A stretch of 50,643 nt of DNA from IMG/VR virus record IMGVR_UViG_3300037156_000076, positions 1 through 50,643 of that record. One strand, given 5' to 3'. The notes below the pieces were generated by a model that saw nothing but the letters and a program-made list of their open reading frames with translations, had not been told where the DNA came from and did not search any database. Shown piece by piece: positions 1 through 7,335 of the stretch. A program made the translations under genes and the position numbers. Position 1 is the first letter of the stretch; each line of letters begins with the position of its first letter. Source of the stretch: a virus. Taxonomy: Duplodnaviria; Caudoviricetes.

Positions 1-142
1 CTCGGGTCTTCCATCCCGCCGCCTTGAACGGAAGAGGCTTCTTGATGCACTGAATCAACAAGGTTTTGGCTGGGTCAAGGTTCCGCAGGCTGGTTGACTT
101 CCCGCTACCTGAGTTGCCAAGGATCAATGTAGCGATACTCAT
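1..142 (-). CDS. N-terminal part of AAA/Sak4-like ATP-binding recombination protein (continues at 50210-50643)
   Basis: Hand translation MSIATLILGNSGSGKSTSLRNLDPAKTLLIQCIKKPLPF shows Walker A GxSGSGKST. Not in the ORF track. Confidence 0.85.
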   Translation of the reverse strand, partial: MSIATLILGNSGSGKSTSLRNLDPAKTLLIQCIKKPLPFKAAGWKTR

Positions 143-149
143 AAACACC

Positions 150-296
150 TCAGTTCGGCTGGTTATCCCATTGCCGCTCAATCCTAGCGGCCTCGGCTTC
201 GTACTCTTTGCGCTGATCGCCATCGAACTGTTCGGGCGAAAAGGCGCCGACCTTCATCCAGTCAAGCTGGGCGGCCAGTTGCGGCGATGCGTTCAT
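150..296 (-). CDS. Small hypothetical protein (48 aa)
   Basis: Hand translation MNASPQLAAQLDWMKVGAFSPEQF...DNQPN, with GAGG RBS. Fills the operon gap. Confidence 0.65.
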   Translation of the reverse strand: MNASPQLAAQLDWMKVGAFSPEQFDGDQRKEYEAEAARIERQWDNQPN

Positions 297-303
297 GGAT
301 TCC

Positions 304-1515
304 TCAATAAGCGATGGTGACGCCAGGGATGACGCGGGTGGCGATCAGGATTACGGCTTGCTTTGCCGCGCCCTCGGTCATTCCGCCAGCAACAAATGCG
401 TCCAGAGCTGCGCGATTGATCTTTGCCTTATGGGCCTTGTCGGCCTCGCGGGCATCCTGCTGGCGAATGATTTCGTCAGCGGCGGCGTTGTGTTTGGCGA
501 TCTGATCAAGGCGCGCCTGCTCGACCGCTGCGGCTTGGCGCTGAATGGCTACCAGTCGATCCTGCTCGGCACGCTGGGCGGCTTCTGCATGGCGGCGCTC
601 ATCGTCAGCTTTCTGCTGGGCTGCACGCTGCTCAGCGGCCAACTGATCAGCCTTGGCCTGTATCGCCTGGCGTTCAGCCTGTTCAGCCTGCAGCTTCAAT
701 TGCAGGGCCTGATTAGCGGCGGCAGATTCGGCCTCGCGAGCCTTCTGATCAGCATCACGTTGAGCTTGCGCTGCCTGATCGATCAGCGCCTGTTCGCGCT
801 TGGCTGCCGCATCACGTTCGGCCTGCGCTGCTGCGGCGGCTTCGCGCTGGGCCTGCTCTACGGCGGCACGGGCAATGGCCGCATCGCGTTCTTGCTGCTC
901 GCGCTCGACCTTCTCTGCATTGAAGCGGGCGATCTCTGCCAGTTCTGCTTCGTGCTTCTGGCGAGAGATCAGGGTGGCGCGTAGCTTTGTTAGGGTGGAA
1001 TCCTTGGTCAGGGCCGCGTCTTCTGCGAACTCTTCCCACTGACTACCCATCTGGATGGCTTCGACCGATGCTATGGATTCCGACAGGACGGCAGCGTTAA
1101 CATCGGTCAGGTCCAGACAGAAATCATGGATGGCCTGAACCGCATCAATATGCTGATCGCGACGAGCTACTTCGGCCGACTCCCAGTCAGTCAGCGGCTT
1201 GCGGGTGGTATCGCGCAGGGTGTCCATTTTTTTGACCCAGGCTGCCAATTCAAGCTCAATCACCTTCGGCATTTCTTTCAGCTTTTTCAGGTAGTCGCGC
1301 CCGGGCTTTTCAACTGCCACTTTTGAGCTGCTGACCTTGGCTGCCAGTGACGCGATCCGGGCTCGCCCTTTCGCGGTGGAGAGATCAGGAACCTCGCCGG
1401 TCACTTCCTTCTCGACAATAGTGAAGAATTTATCCAGGCCACCGGCCACGTAAATGGCGGGCGCGTTATCAGAACTGATGTCATCGATGGTGATGACTTG
1501 CTGTGTTGCGGACAT
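304..1515 (-). CDS. Coiled-coil phage protein (Ala/Gln/Glu-rich) upstream of the recombination genes
   Basis: 403-aa ORF with a long heptad-like A/Q/E-rich C-terminal half. Lies in the leftward early operon. Confidence 0.85.
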   Translation of the reverse strand: MSATQQVITIDDISSDNAPAIYVAGGLDKFFTIVEKEVTGEVPDLSTAKGRARIASLAAKVSSSKVAVEKPGRDYLKKLKEMPKVIELELAAWVKKMDTLRDTTRKPLTDWESAEVARRDQHIDAVQAIHDFCLDLTDVNAAVLSESIASVEAIQMGSQWEEFAEDAALTKDSTLTKLRATLISRQKHEAELAEIARFNAEKVEREQQERDAAIARAAVEQAQREAAAAAQAERDAAAKREQALIDQAAQAQRDADQKAREAESAAANQALQLKLQAEQAERQAIQAKADQLAAEQRAAQQKADDERRHAEAAQRAEQDRLVAIQRQAAAVEQARLDQIAKHNAAADEIIRQQDAREADKAHKAKINRAALDAFVAGGMTEGAAKQAVILIATRVIPGVTIAY

Positions 1516-1686
1516 AAGGGCTCCATGCCGCGATGAACGCAGCCTTGAAATATTCAGTTATTGGGCGATCAGATCAGCGAGCGCGCTGAGTCTCGATATG
1601 GATGCGGTTTGGCAGATCGGCGACCCGAACAAATCCAAGAAACTGGAGCAGCTCAACGACTTCCCTATAGCTCTTTCCGGTCATGC

Positions 1687-1914
1687 TCATCCGTACCTCC
1701 GCATTTTTTCCAGCAAGGCCATCGTATTGCGGGACTGGATAAACATCAGGCACTGGCCGTAGCGCTTATGCTCCAGGCAGTCGATGGCGCCGAGGGCGTA
1801 GGCCATCTCTACCGCCATGGACGTTTCTGAGTGCAAGCTGATGTCATCGCCGCTCGCAATCAACTTGTCGATCCGTGAGTCGATCATGCCCACTGCTGTT
1901 TCGTGCCGACTCAT
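1687..1914 (-). CDS. Hypothetical protein
   Basis: MSRHETAVGM... start overlaps the upstream stop (ATGA). Confidence 0.7.
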   Translation of the reverse strand: MSRHETAVGMIDSRIDKLIASGDDISLHSETSMAVEMAYALGAIDCLEHKRYGQCLMFIQSRNTMALLEKMRRYG

Positions 1915-2123
1915 GGTTGAGCTCCTATTGGCGGGCAGATCGTTTCCATCTGCGCTATCGCTGATTTGATTCGGGCAGATCGGCCTGCCAGCGCCTGCTC
2001 TGCATTTCGTTTGCACACGGCAGCCCACTCGGCATCGCCGCTCTCGCACATATCGTTGCCGCCGGAGCGAGGCGAGTACTGCCACCAATCGGTCCAGCCT
2101 GTATGCGCGCCGGACTGGCTCAT
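1911..2123 (-). CDS. Hypothetical protein
   Basis: 70-aa ORF with ATGA coupling at both ends. Confidence 0.6.
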   Translation of the reverse strand: MSQSGAHTGWTDWWQYSPRSGGNDMCESGDAEWAAVCKRNAEQALAGRSARIKSAIAQMETICPPIGAQP

Positions 2124-2320
2124 GACCGATTTCCTCTGCGCGAAGCCTGTTTTATCTCGGCTCCGCGCTCGGTATCGCTCATGCGAATCCAGCGGTCATG
2201 CCGAAAGTTGTGATCGTCCAGCGCCGCTTGATTGCCTGACCGGCATTCTTCGCAGCATCCTTCGTGAAGCGTTTCAGTTAGTTCGCCGCACTGAGGGCAG
2301 CTTTTATCCTTGTCGGGCAT
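2120..2320 (-). CDS. Small Cys-rich (CPQC...CCEEC) putative zinc-binding protein
   Basis: GGAGG RBS before MPDKDKSCPQC. Confidence 0.7.
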   Translation of the reverse strand: MPDKDKSCPQCGELTETLHEGCCEECRSGNQAALDDHNFRHDRWIRMSDTERGAEIKQASRRGNRS

Positions 2321-2338
2321 GACTGCCTCCATAGGCGG

Positions 2339-2506
2339 TTATTCGGTGGGTGGTGCGTTGCGTTCGGCGAGCATGGCGTCTGCCATTTGGTAAGCGCAGG
2401 TCGCAACATCAGCATTGATGCTGTCTTCACCTGAATCGAAATAGCCATCCTCTGCAGCTTTCCAAGCAAGCGGCATAGCCTTAGCCGCAAAATAGGCAAT
2501 GCTCAT
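2339..2506 (-). pseudogene. C-terminal fragment of a lambdoid 'YFAAKAM...AYxxADAML' family protein
   Basis: Hand translation MSIAYFAAKAMPLAWKAAEDG...CAYQMADAMLAER. Lacks the family's usual N-terminal part and overlaps the upstream ORF end out of frame. Confidence 0.6.
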
Positions 2507-2702
2507 CGTCGGCATCTTCTATATCTGCGCGCCCAAGGATGCACTGCTCGGCCAGCTTCATTTGGTCGTGCTCGGCTTCGCAGATAGGGCAGATGTAGAC
2601 CTCGGTAACGGATGGCATGCAGCATTCGCGCGCCCCATCCTCGTCATCATGCTGTTCGTTGCATTCGCCGCACTCGTACTTGATCACGACTCCTTTGCTC
2701 AT
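2481..2702 (-). CDS. Multi-CxxC zinc-ribbon protein, first gene of the pL operon (possibly 3'-truncated)
   Basis: MSKGVVIKYECGEC...CPIC...CLFC, with GGAG RBS. Confidence 0.65.
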   Translation of the reverse strand: MSKGVVIKYECGECNEQHDDEDGARECCMPSVTEVYICPICEAEHDQMKLAEQCILGRADIEDADDEHCLFCG

Positions 2703-2724
2703 GGTCTTGCTCCCGGTTAATTTC

Positions 2725-2960
2725 CAATGCCGCCTCATCGAAGCGGCATCAGTAAATCTGTGGGTATTGCTCTCGTGCACAGGCCGACGTTCGATTTCAC
2801 GTCAACTCCCATCAGGCCTTGGGCCGTCAAGTTATTACGCAGCTCACCGCTACGCCCTCCGAATGAGGTCTCCTGTGCCCAGCGCCGACATGAGGTCGAA
2901 TCGCTGCCTACCGTTACGCGGTAGGTCTGCTGGCTATGCATCGGCCAGCTCGGCGTCCAT
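2725..2960 (-). ncRNA. Highly structured pL leader RNA (candidate cis-regulatory or antitermination RNA)
   Basis: Eight or more consecutive hairpins on the minus strand, plus the long-range pair GCACAGG/CCTGTGC (2872-2878 with 2777-2783). Confidence 0.5.
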
Positions 2961-2965
2961 CAGGT

Positions 2966-2977
2966 TGTTAAAGAGCG
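2966..2977 (-). promoter_or_regulatory. boxA antitermination element (nutL-like)
   Basis: CGCTCTTTAACA on the minus strand matches the boxA consensus, about 50 nt downstream of pL. Confidence 0.8.
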
Positions 2978-3032
2978 AAGACCTTAATGAGGCCCTATCG
3001 CAGATCCGGTGGTTTGTCGCTGCGATGGGTGA

Positions 3033-3075
3033 ACAATACCGCCGGTATTGTATAAGGTCAATACCTCCGGTCATG
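3033..3075 (-). promoter_or_regulatory. pL promoter with operators OL1 (3034-3050) and OL2 (3059-3075)
   Basis: TTGACC-17 bp-TATTGT. 17-bp sites CAATACCGCCGGTATTG and CAATACCTCCGGTCATG match the OR sites. Confidence 0.85.
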
Positions 3076-3093
3076 TTATTTTCACACACCCAC

Positions 3094-3119
3094 AAAAAAG
3101 CCCGCTCAGTCGGCGGGCT
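3094..3119 (-). terminator. Rho-independent terminator ending the immunity transcript
   Basis: GCCCGC stem-loop followed by a T6 tract on the minus strand. Confidence 0.7.
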
Positions 3120-3156
3120 CATCTATCAGGTCAGGCGGGGAGGGCGAATCGCAGGC

Positions 3157-3184
3157 AATAAAAAGCCCGGTGGTTGGCCGGGCT
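3157..3184 (-). terminator. Rho-independent terminator directly after the TM gene
   Basis: AGCCCGG...CCGGGCT followed by TTTTATT on the minus strand. Confidence 0.75.
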
Positions 3185-3716
3185 ATTTGTCTTTTGGGGA
3201 TTGCAGAGCTGTTAGTTTTTTTCCGAGCTGCTTGCTCCTCTGAGCCCGCTCATAAACCTTGTTCTTGAAGTCGGCTAGTTCCCGGCTCTCGCCCAAAATC
3301 AGGAATAGGCTCGCCATGCTTACGCCCAGGCTGGAGCCCGTGAAAATGGTGATTAGATGGTAGACCTTCCAATTTCCAGTTGAAAATAGAAGACCAAAGC
3401 CAATGATCAGCGCCGATGCCGCATAGAACAATATCGCGAACTGGATTTGACGGAGTTTTGCTCTGACCGTCTCGGTTATCCTTCGTCGCTCGCTGCCCGT
3501 AATTCCTTTGATTTCCCTCAATCCATTGAAGTTAACCCATAGCTGAGTGGCGAATGTAAGCGGAATCAAAAATACAGAAATCAGCCCCCACTGAACGGAT
3601 GGCGGGGACGCCTGATCAAGTGACGAAATGATGTAATGGGCGAGAATCCCGCCCATAGCGGCGCAAAGCAGCACTGCAAGCGTGCCGCCACCCGTCCATC
3701 CGCTTTGGTTTCTCAT
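3183..3716 (-). CDS. Four-TM membrane protein in the RexB position (putative defence effector)
   Basis: 177 aa with four hydrophobic segments and a basic C-terminal tail. Starts 1 nt after the upstream stop. Confidence 0.8.
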   Translation of the reverse strand: MRNQSGWTGGGTLAVLLCAAMGGILAHYIISSLDQASPPSVQWGLISVFLIPLTFATQLWVNFNGLREIKGITGSERRRITETVRAKLRQIQFAILFYAASALIIGFGLLFSTGNWKVYHLITIFTGSSLGVSMASLFLILGESRELADFKNKVYERAQRSKQLGKKLTALQSPKDK

Positions 3717-3717
3717 A

Positions 3718-4782
3718 TCACAGATCGTCCGCAGTTATTGCTGGATCAGCATCTCCCTGTCTGAGCTTGCCAACCAACCAGCCGTGCATTTTATGGTACA
3801 GAATCCCTTCGTCCAATAGTCCATTTATCAATTTTGTAACTGAAATTGGACCGGAAAGACGTAAGTCAGCCCCTTTGATCTCGCCCCCGCCAGCCAGTTC
3901 AATCCGTACGTCCGCTTCCTCTGCGTGCCGAAGCGAGGTCGCAATATTGTCAATTACGATCTGTCCAACCCTGGTTGTTTGTCGCAGGTAAGTAATTTCA
4001 AGACTGACCTTGAGGTTAGCATCATCCAGGTCCTCTTCAAGGTCTAGCCTATTAAACCAATCAGCCCCCATAGCAGCTTTAATTACATCACCCGCAAAGC
4101 CGGTGGGAAAAAAACGAACCCGACGAGCATTCACTTCCACCTCATCATCTGTACGCGTCTGAGGCTCAGGCTGCCGCTCTCCTTCTGGAATCTCTTGCGC
4201 AGTGGTGATCGGTGCGCCAATTTGTATCTTTTTCACCGGGGCTCTAGCTATCCGCTCGTAGGTCTCCTGTGAAGGCTGATCCTGCAGAATGATCGCAGTC
4301 CCGATAGTTACGCCGCCAAAGCTGCCGATTAGCCAGCCAAGATGAGCCTCAAGCTCCCTGGATCTAAGCTGGCTTGATTGAAGCACCACGAGGTGATTTT
4401 CGAACACGCCGAAATACAGAAACGAGTCTACGAACTCCCGCCTATGACGCTCTCTGTCAGCAGGGCCTTCTATATTGTTAAGCGCTTCATTGGTAAATGC
4501 GTCCAGCGCGTACGAGTCGGCGTCCTCATTGAGCGTGATGTAAGCCTGGCTGCGACCTGGCTCAAAATAGAGCATCTGGCAAAACAGCATACCGCTGTAC
4601 TCGCGCTTATGATTTACGACCCGGAAGCTGTCGGCGTCAGCATTTACAATCTCTTTACGGTGACCGACTTTATGCGCAGGGCTTTCATCCGCAAACACTC
4701 TTGATAGTATTTCCTGAAGATTCCCACCTCCGCTTATCACTGCTCGTTTGTAGTGAATAGTTTTTGTTACAGACTCAGCCAT
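3718..4782 (-). CDS. Uncharacterised soluble protein in the RexA position (putative defence sensor)
   Basis: 354 aa with GGGAGAGAGG RBS. Co-oriented 50 nt downstream of cI, in a region that looks more AT-rich. Confidence 0.8.
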   Translation of the reverse strand: MAESVTKTIHYKRAVISGGGNLQEILSRVFADESPAHKVGHRKEIVNADADSFRVVNHKREYSGMLFCQMLYFEPGRSQAYITLNEDADSYALDAFTNEALNNIEGPADRERHRREFVDSFLYFGVFENHLVVLQSSQLRSRELEAHLGWLIGSFGGVTIGTAIILQDQPSQETYERIARAPVKKIQIGAPITTAQEIPEGERQPEPQTRTDDEVEVNARRVRFFPTGFAGDVIKAAMGADWFNRLDLEEDLDDANLKVSLEITYLRQTTRVGQIVIDNIATSLRHAEEADVRIELAGGGEIKGADLRLSGPISVTKLINGLLDEGILYHKMHGWLVGKLRQGDADPAITADDL

Positions 4783-4832
4783 GCCTCTCTCCCTGGTAAA
4801 GTAATCAGTGTGGCTTTTCGTTTTATCCCGCC

Positions 4833-5630
4833 CTACAAATCCCCGCCACGCCAGATCACCTGGCCAGTGATGCGGTGCTCGTATATCTCGCCGTCAGGCA
4901 ATACCTGATCGGGGTACTTAGACTCATCCGGGTTGTCGCTCTGGATAATCCAGGAGCTGCCATGTTTGATGAGGCGCTTTACCAGCGTGCCTTTTTCTTG
5001 ACTCTCCAGAACAAATATCCCGCCATCCTTTGGCTCGATACGCGACCCGTCTACTAGCAGTACGTCGTGGTCGCTGATCGTTGGCCACATGCTTTCGCCA
5101 TGGGCATAGATCACCTTGAGGTTCTTCGGATTAACCCCCTTGATTCGTAGCCAGTCGCGCTTGAACGCCAAGGTGTTGCGGAGGACTACGTGCGTGTTGT
5201 CGTACCCATTGCCGGCAGCAGCCTTGGCCGTGTACTGATCAACAAAGGCGAAGTCGTCCCAGTTGGTAGTGACAGGCTCACCTACCTTAAGCGGTACAAC
5301 ATTTTCTGCGCCCGCGGTCTCGGCTCGATCCACCACAACCGAAAGGGACGAGGCCATGCCTTCAAGCTGGTCGGCTAGGGTAGGGCTGAATTCCGAGACA
5401 GGCACATGGAGTGCTCTTGCGAAAACTGTCGCAGCACGAAGGCTTAATGCGGTTCGCCCATTCATGAAATGACTGACCGCGCCCTGGGTAACCCCTTCGC
5501 CCAGTTCGGCGGCGATCTTTTCCTGGGTCAGCTTAAGCTCTGCGCGCTTCTTCATGAAAATCGCTTTCAGCCGGGCGCTGTCTAGCAGCTGCCAGTCTGA
5601 GAGAGGGAGTCTTCTGGAGTCTTTAGTCAT
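4833..5630 (-). CDS. cI: CI-like repressor (HTH plus S24 autopeptidase)
   Basis: HTH LTQEKIAAELG..TQGAVSHFMNG. S24 motifs GESMWP and LVKRL, plus AAAG cleavage region. Divergent from cro. Confidence 0.95.
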   Translation of the reverse strand: MTKDSRRLPLSDWQLLDSARLKAIFMKKRAELKLTQEKIAAELGEGVTQGAVSHFMNGRTALSLRAATVFARALHVPVSEFSPTLADQLEGMASSLSVVVDRAETAGAENVVPLKVGEPVTTNWDDFAFVDQYTAKAAAGNGYDNTHVVLRNTLAFKRDWLRIKGVNPKNLKVIYAHGESMWPTISDHDVLLVDGSRIEPKDGGIFVLESQEKGTLVKRLIKHGSSWIIQSDNPDESKYPDQVLPDGEIYEHRITGQVIWRGGDL

Positions 5631-5640
5631 CGCTGAATGA

Positions 5641-5708
5641 TATTACCTGCGGTATTCGCGCAACCAATATCGCCGGTATTGACTAGTAGCAATACCGGCG
5701 GTCATACT
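5641..5708. promoter_or_regulatory. OR3/OR2/OR1 operators (5641-5657, 5665-5681, 5690-5706) with pR and pRM
   Basis: Sites TATTACCTGCGGTATTC, CAATATCGCCGGTATTG and CAATACCGGCGGTCATA. pR has TTGACT (5679) and CATACT (5703). Confidence 0.85.
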
Positions 5709-5739
5709 TGGGGCACGTAATTAGTTTGAGGACGCCGCT

Positions 5740-5934
5740 ATGCGCCGTATCCCGCTTTCAGAATTTGCCGCAGAACACGGCCATACCAAGGCCGCAAAGC
5801 TGCTCGACTGCACCCAGGGAGCCCTAAGCAAGGCAATCCGTGTTGGTCGAGAAATCATCGTCATATGCGGCGATGACGGAAGCCTTTCGGCCCAAGAGCA
5901 GCGCCCGTTCCCCTCTCAAAAATCAGCCGCTTAA
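5740..5934 (+). CDS. cro: Cro repressor (lambda-like)
   Basis: MRRIPLSEFA..GHTKAAKLLDCTQGALSKAI..GR..EQRPFPS closely parallels lambda Cro. Confidence 0.9.
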   Translation: MRRIPLSEFAAEHGHTKAAKLLDCTQGALSKAIRVGREIIVICGDDGSLSAQEQRPFPSQKSAA

Positions 5935-5966
5935 ACCAATTTCACCCCAAGCAAGGAGCTACAACC

Positions 5967-6161
5967 ATGCCCGAAGAACCGCGTCCTAACCGCAAGCACA
6001 TCAACCAAATCAAGGTTCGTCTCGATGATGAGTTCGAGGACCTACTTACCTGCGCTGCAAAAATCCACGGCACCAGCAAATCAGCCCTTGCCCGCGAAGT
6101 TCTCAAGTCTTGGCTTGGCGATGTTGTTGCTGATTCTAAGGCGGATAGCCGTGTGGCCTAA
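5967..6161 (+). CDS. Ribbon-helix-helix DNA-binding protein (cII position)
   Basis: QIKVRLDDE...AAKIHGTSKSALAREVL RHH pattern, with AGGAG RBS. Confidence 0.75.
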   Translation: MPEEPRPNRKHINQIKVRLDDEFEDLLTCAAKIHGTSKSALAREVLKSWLGDVVADSKADSRVA

Positions 6162-6231
6162 AGCACTTCAGTAGGGCCCGCGCAGGTACCACAGAGGTAC
6201 TCAATAGGGACCAGTAGTTAGAGGAGGGCCT

Positions 6232-6435
6232 ATGCCTGAGATAGAGGAAGACATGGACCTTGGAGAGCTGATCGACGATGAGGATTTGAAGGTTCTGGAG
6301 GAGGAGGCGAAGCGAAGGGGTAAGACCCTGGCCGAGACAGCCAAGTTCGGAATGCAGAAAAAACTCACAGAGCGAACCAGGCCGAAGTCCATGAGCGGAA
6401 CGATTCAAGCGTTCCGCCGACGAGTTGAAAAGTGA
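6232..6435 (+). CDS. Small putative DNA-binding (RHH-like) protein
   Basis: GAGGAGG RBS and LEEEAKRRGKTLAE motif. Confidence 0.7.
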   Translation: MPEIEEDMDLGELIDDEDLKVLEEEAKRRGKTLAETAKFGMQKKLTERTRPKSMSGTIQAFRRRVEK

Positions 6436-6454
6436 TCCACCAAACAGCAGGCGA

Positions 6455-6484
6455 AAAAAAACCACCTGCCCCGGTGGTTTCTTC
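6455..6484 (+). terminator. tR1-like hairpin (possibly bidirectional)
   Basis: A-run, AACCACC-loop-GGTGGTT, then TCTT. Confidence 0.5.
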
Positions 6485-6519
6485 AACTGCAAAAAACGTA
6501 AAACTCTGTGAGGCGAATC

Positions 6520-7335
6520 ATGCGCACTGAACACATCAATGTCAATCCCGCTCCATTTATTCCCGCGACACGTTTTGTGATTAGCGAAAACGTGTCGCGG
6601 GCCACGATGTCTTCCCGCGAGATCGCTAATGTCACGGGCAAGCGTCACGACAACGTGAAACGCGACATCATCGCGATGCTTAAAGAGCTGAAAGTCGATG
6701 CCCTCAACTTTGAGGACATCTATTTGGACGGCCGTAGTCGTGAGCAGGTCCAGTATCTGCTTGACCGGGAGCATACCGACTGCCTGCTGACTGGCTATAG
6801 CTCCGGTCTTCGTATGAAGGTAATTCGTCGCTGGCACGAACTGGAAGGTCAGGGCGCGGCGCGGCAAGCGGTAATCGCCAATGGCACCAAAGTCATTGGC
6901 GAGCTCGCCATCCTCGAATGCTTTACGCGCCTCCTGAAGCCCGCACCATCCAGCCAAGTGATGATGCTGAATCAGATCGCCGTCAATAACGGTCTCGACC
7001 CTAAGTTCCTCCCAGGCTACGCCATCGACTCCGCTCCTGATGCCACTGGCGGAAGTTCCATGCCTACCAAGGCCGTCACCGCCCTCATCAAAGAAAACGG
7101 TATAGCCAGTACGGCAGCCGTATTCAACCGCTCGCTCGCCACCCACGGCTTCATCAAGACGCTCCAGCGCAAGAACTCCAGGCAGGAGATGGTCGACTTT
7201 TGGTCGATCACCGAGAAAGGCCTGCGCTTCGGCAAGAACCTCACCAGCCCGCAATGCCCCCGCGAGACGCAGCCTCATTGGTATGTGGATCGTTTCCTCG
7301 AACTGGCCGACCTGATCGGCAAAGGACGCCAATGA
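6520..7335 (+). CDS. Rha-family regulator / antirepressor with KilAC-like C-terminus
   Basis: TMSSREIA..TGKRHDNVKRDI Rha N-domain. C-terminal FWSITEKGLRFGKN..PRETQPHWY. Confidence 0.85.
   Translation: MRTEHINVNPAPFIPATRFVISENVSRATMSSREIANVTGKRHDNVKRDIIAMLKELKVDALNFEDIYLDGRSREQVQYLLDREHTDCLLTGYSSGLRMKVIRRWHELEGQGAARQAVIANGTKVIGELAILECFTRLLKPAPSSQVMMLNQIAVNNGLDPKFLPGYAIDSAPDATGGSSMPTKAVTALIKENGIASTAAVFNRSLATHGFIKTLQRKNSRQEMVDFWSITEKGLRFGKNLTSPQCPRETQPHWYVDRFLELADLIGKGRQ
6562..6601. repeat. Inverted repeat copy 1 (CGCGACACGTTT-N12-AAACGTGTCGCG)
   Basis: Perfect 15-bp arms. Same element at 16311 and 47441. Confidence 0.85.

Noticed and set aside
295-984. 229-aa plus-strand hydrophobic ORF
   Set aside because: Antisense shadow of the A/Q-rich coiled-coil gene. 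No RBS or operon context.
2795-2820. CTGATGG...GAAA on the minus strand, resembling a hammerhead ribozyme core
   Set aside because: The core is not CUGANGA and the flanking stems do not form hammerhead topology.
6136-7332. 398-aa minus-strand ORF
   Set aside because: Antisense to the well-supported Rha/antirepressor gene. No recognisable motifs.
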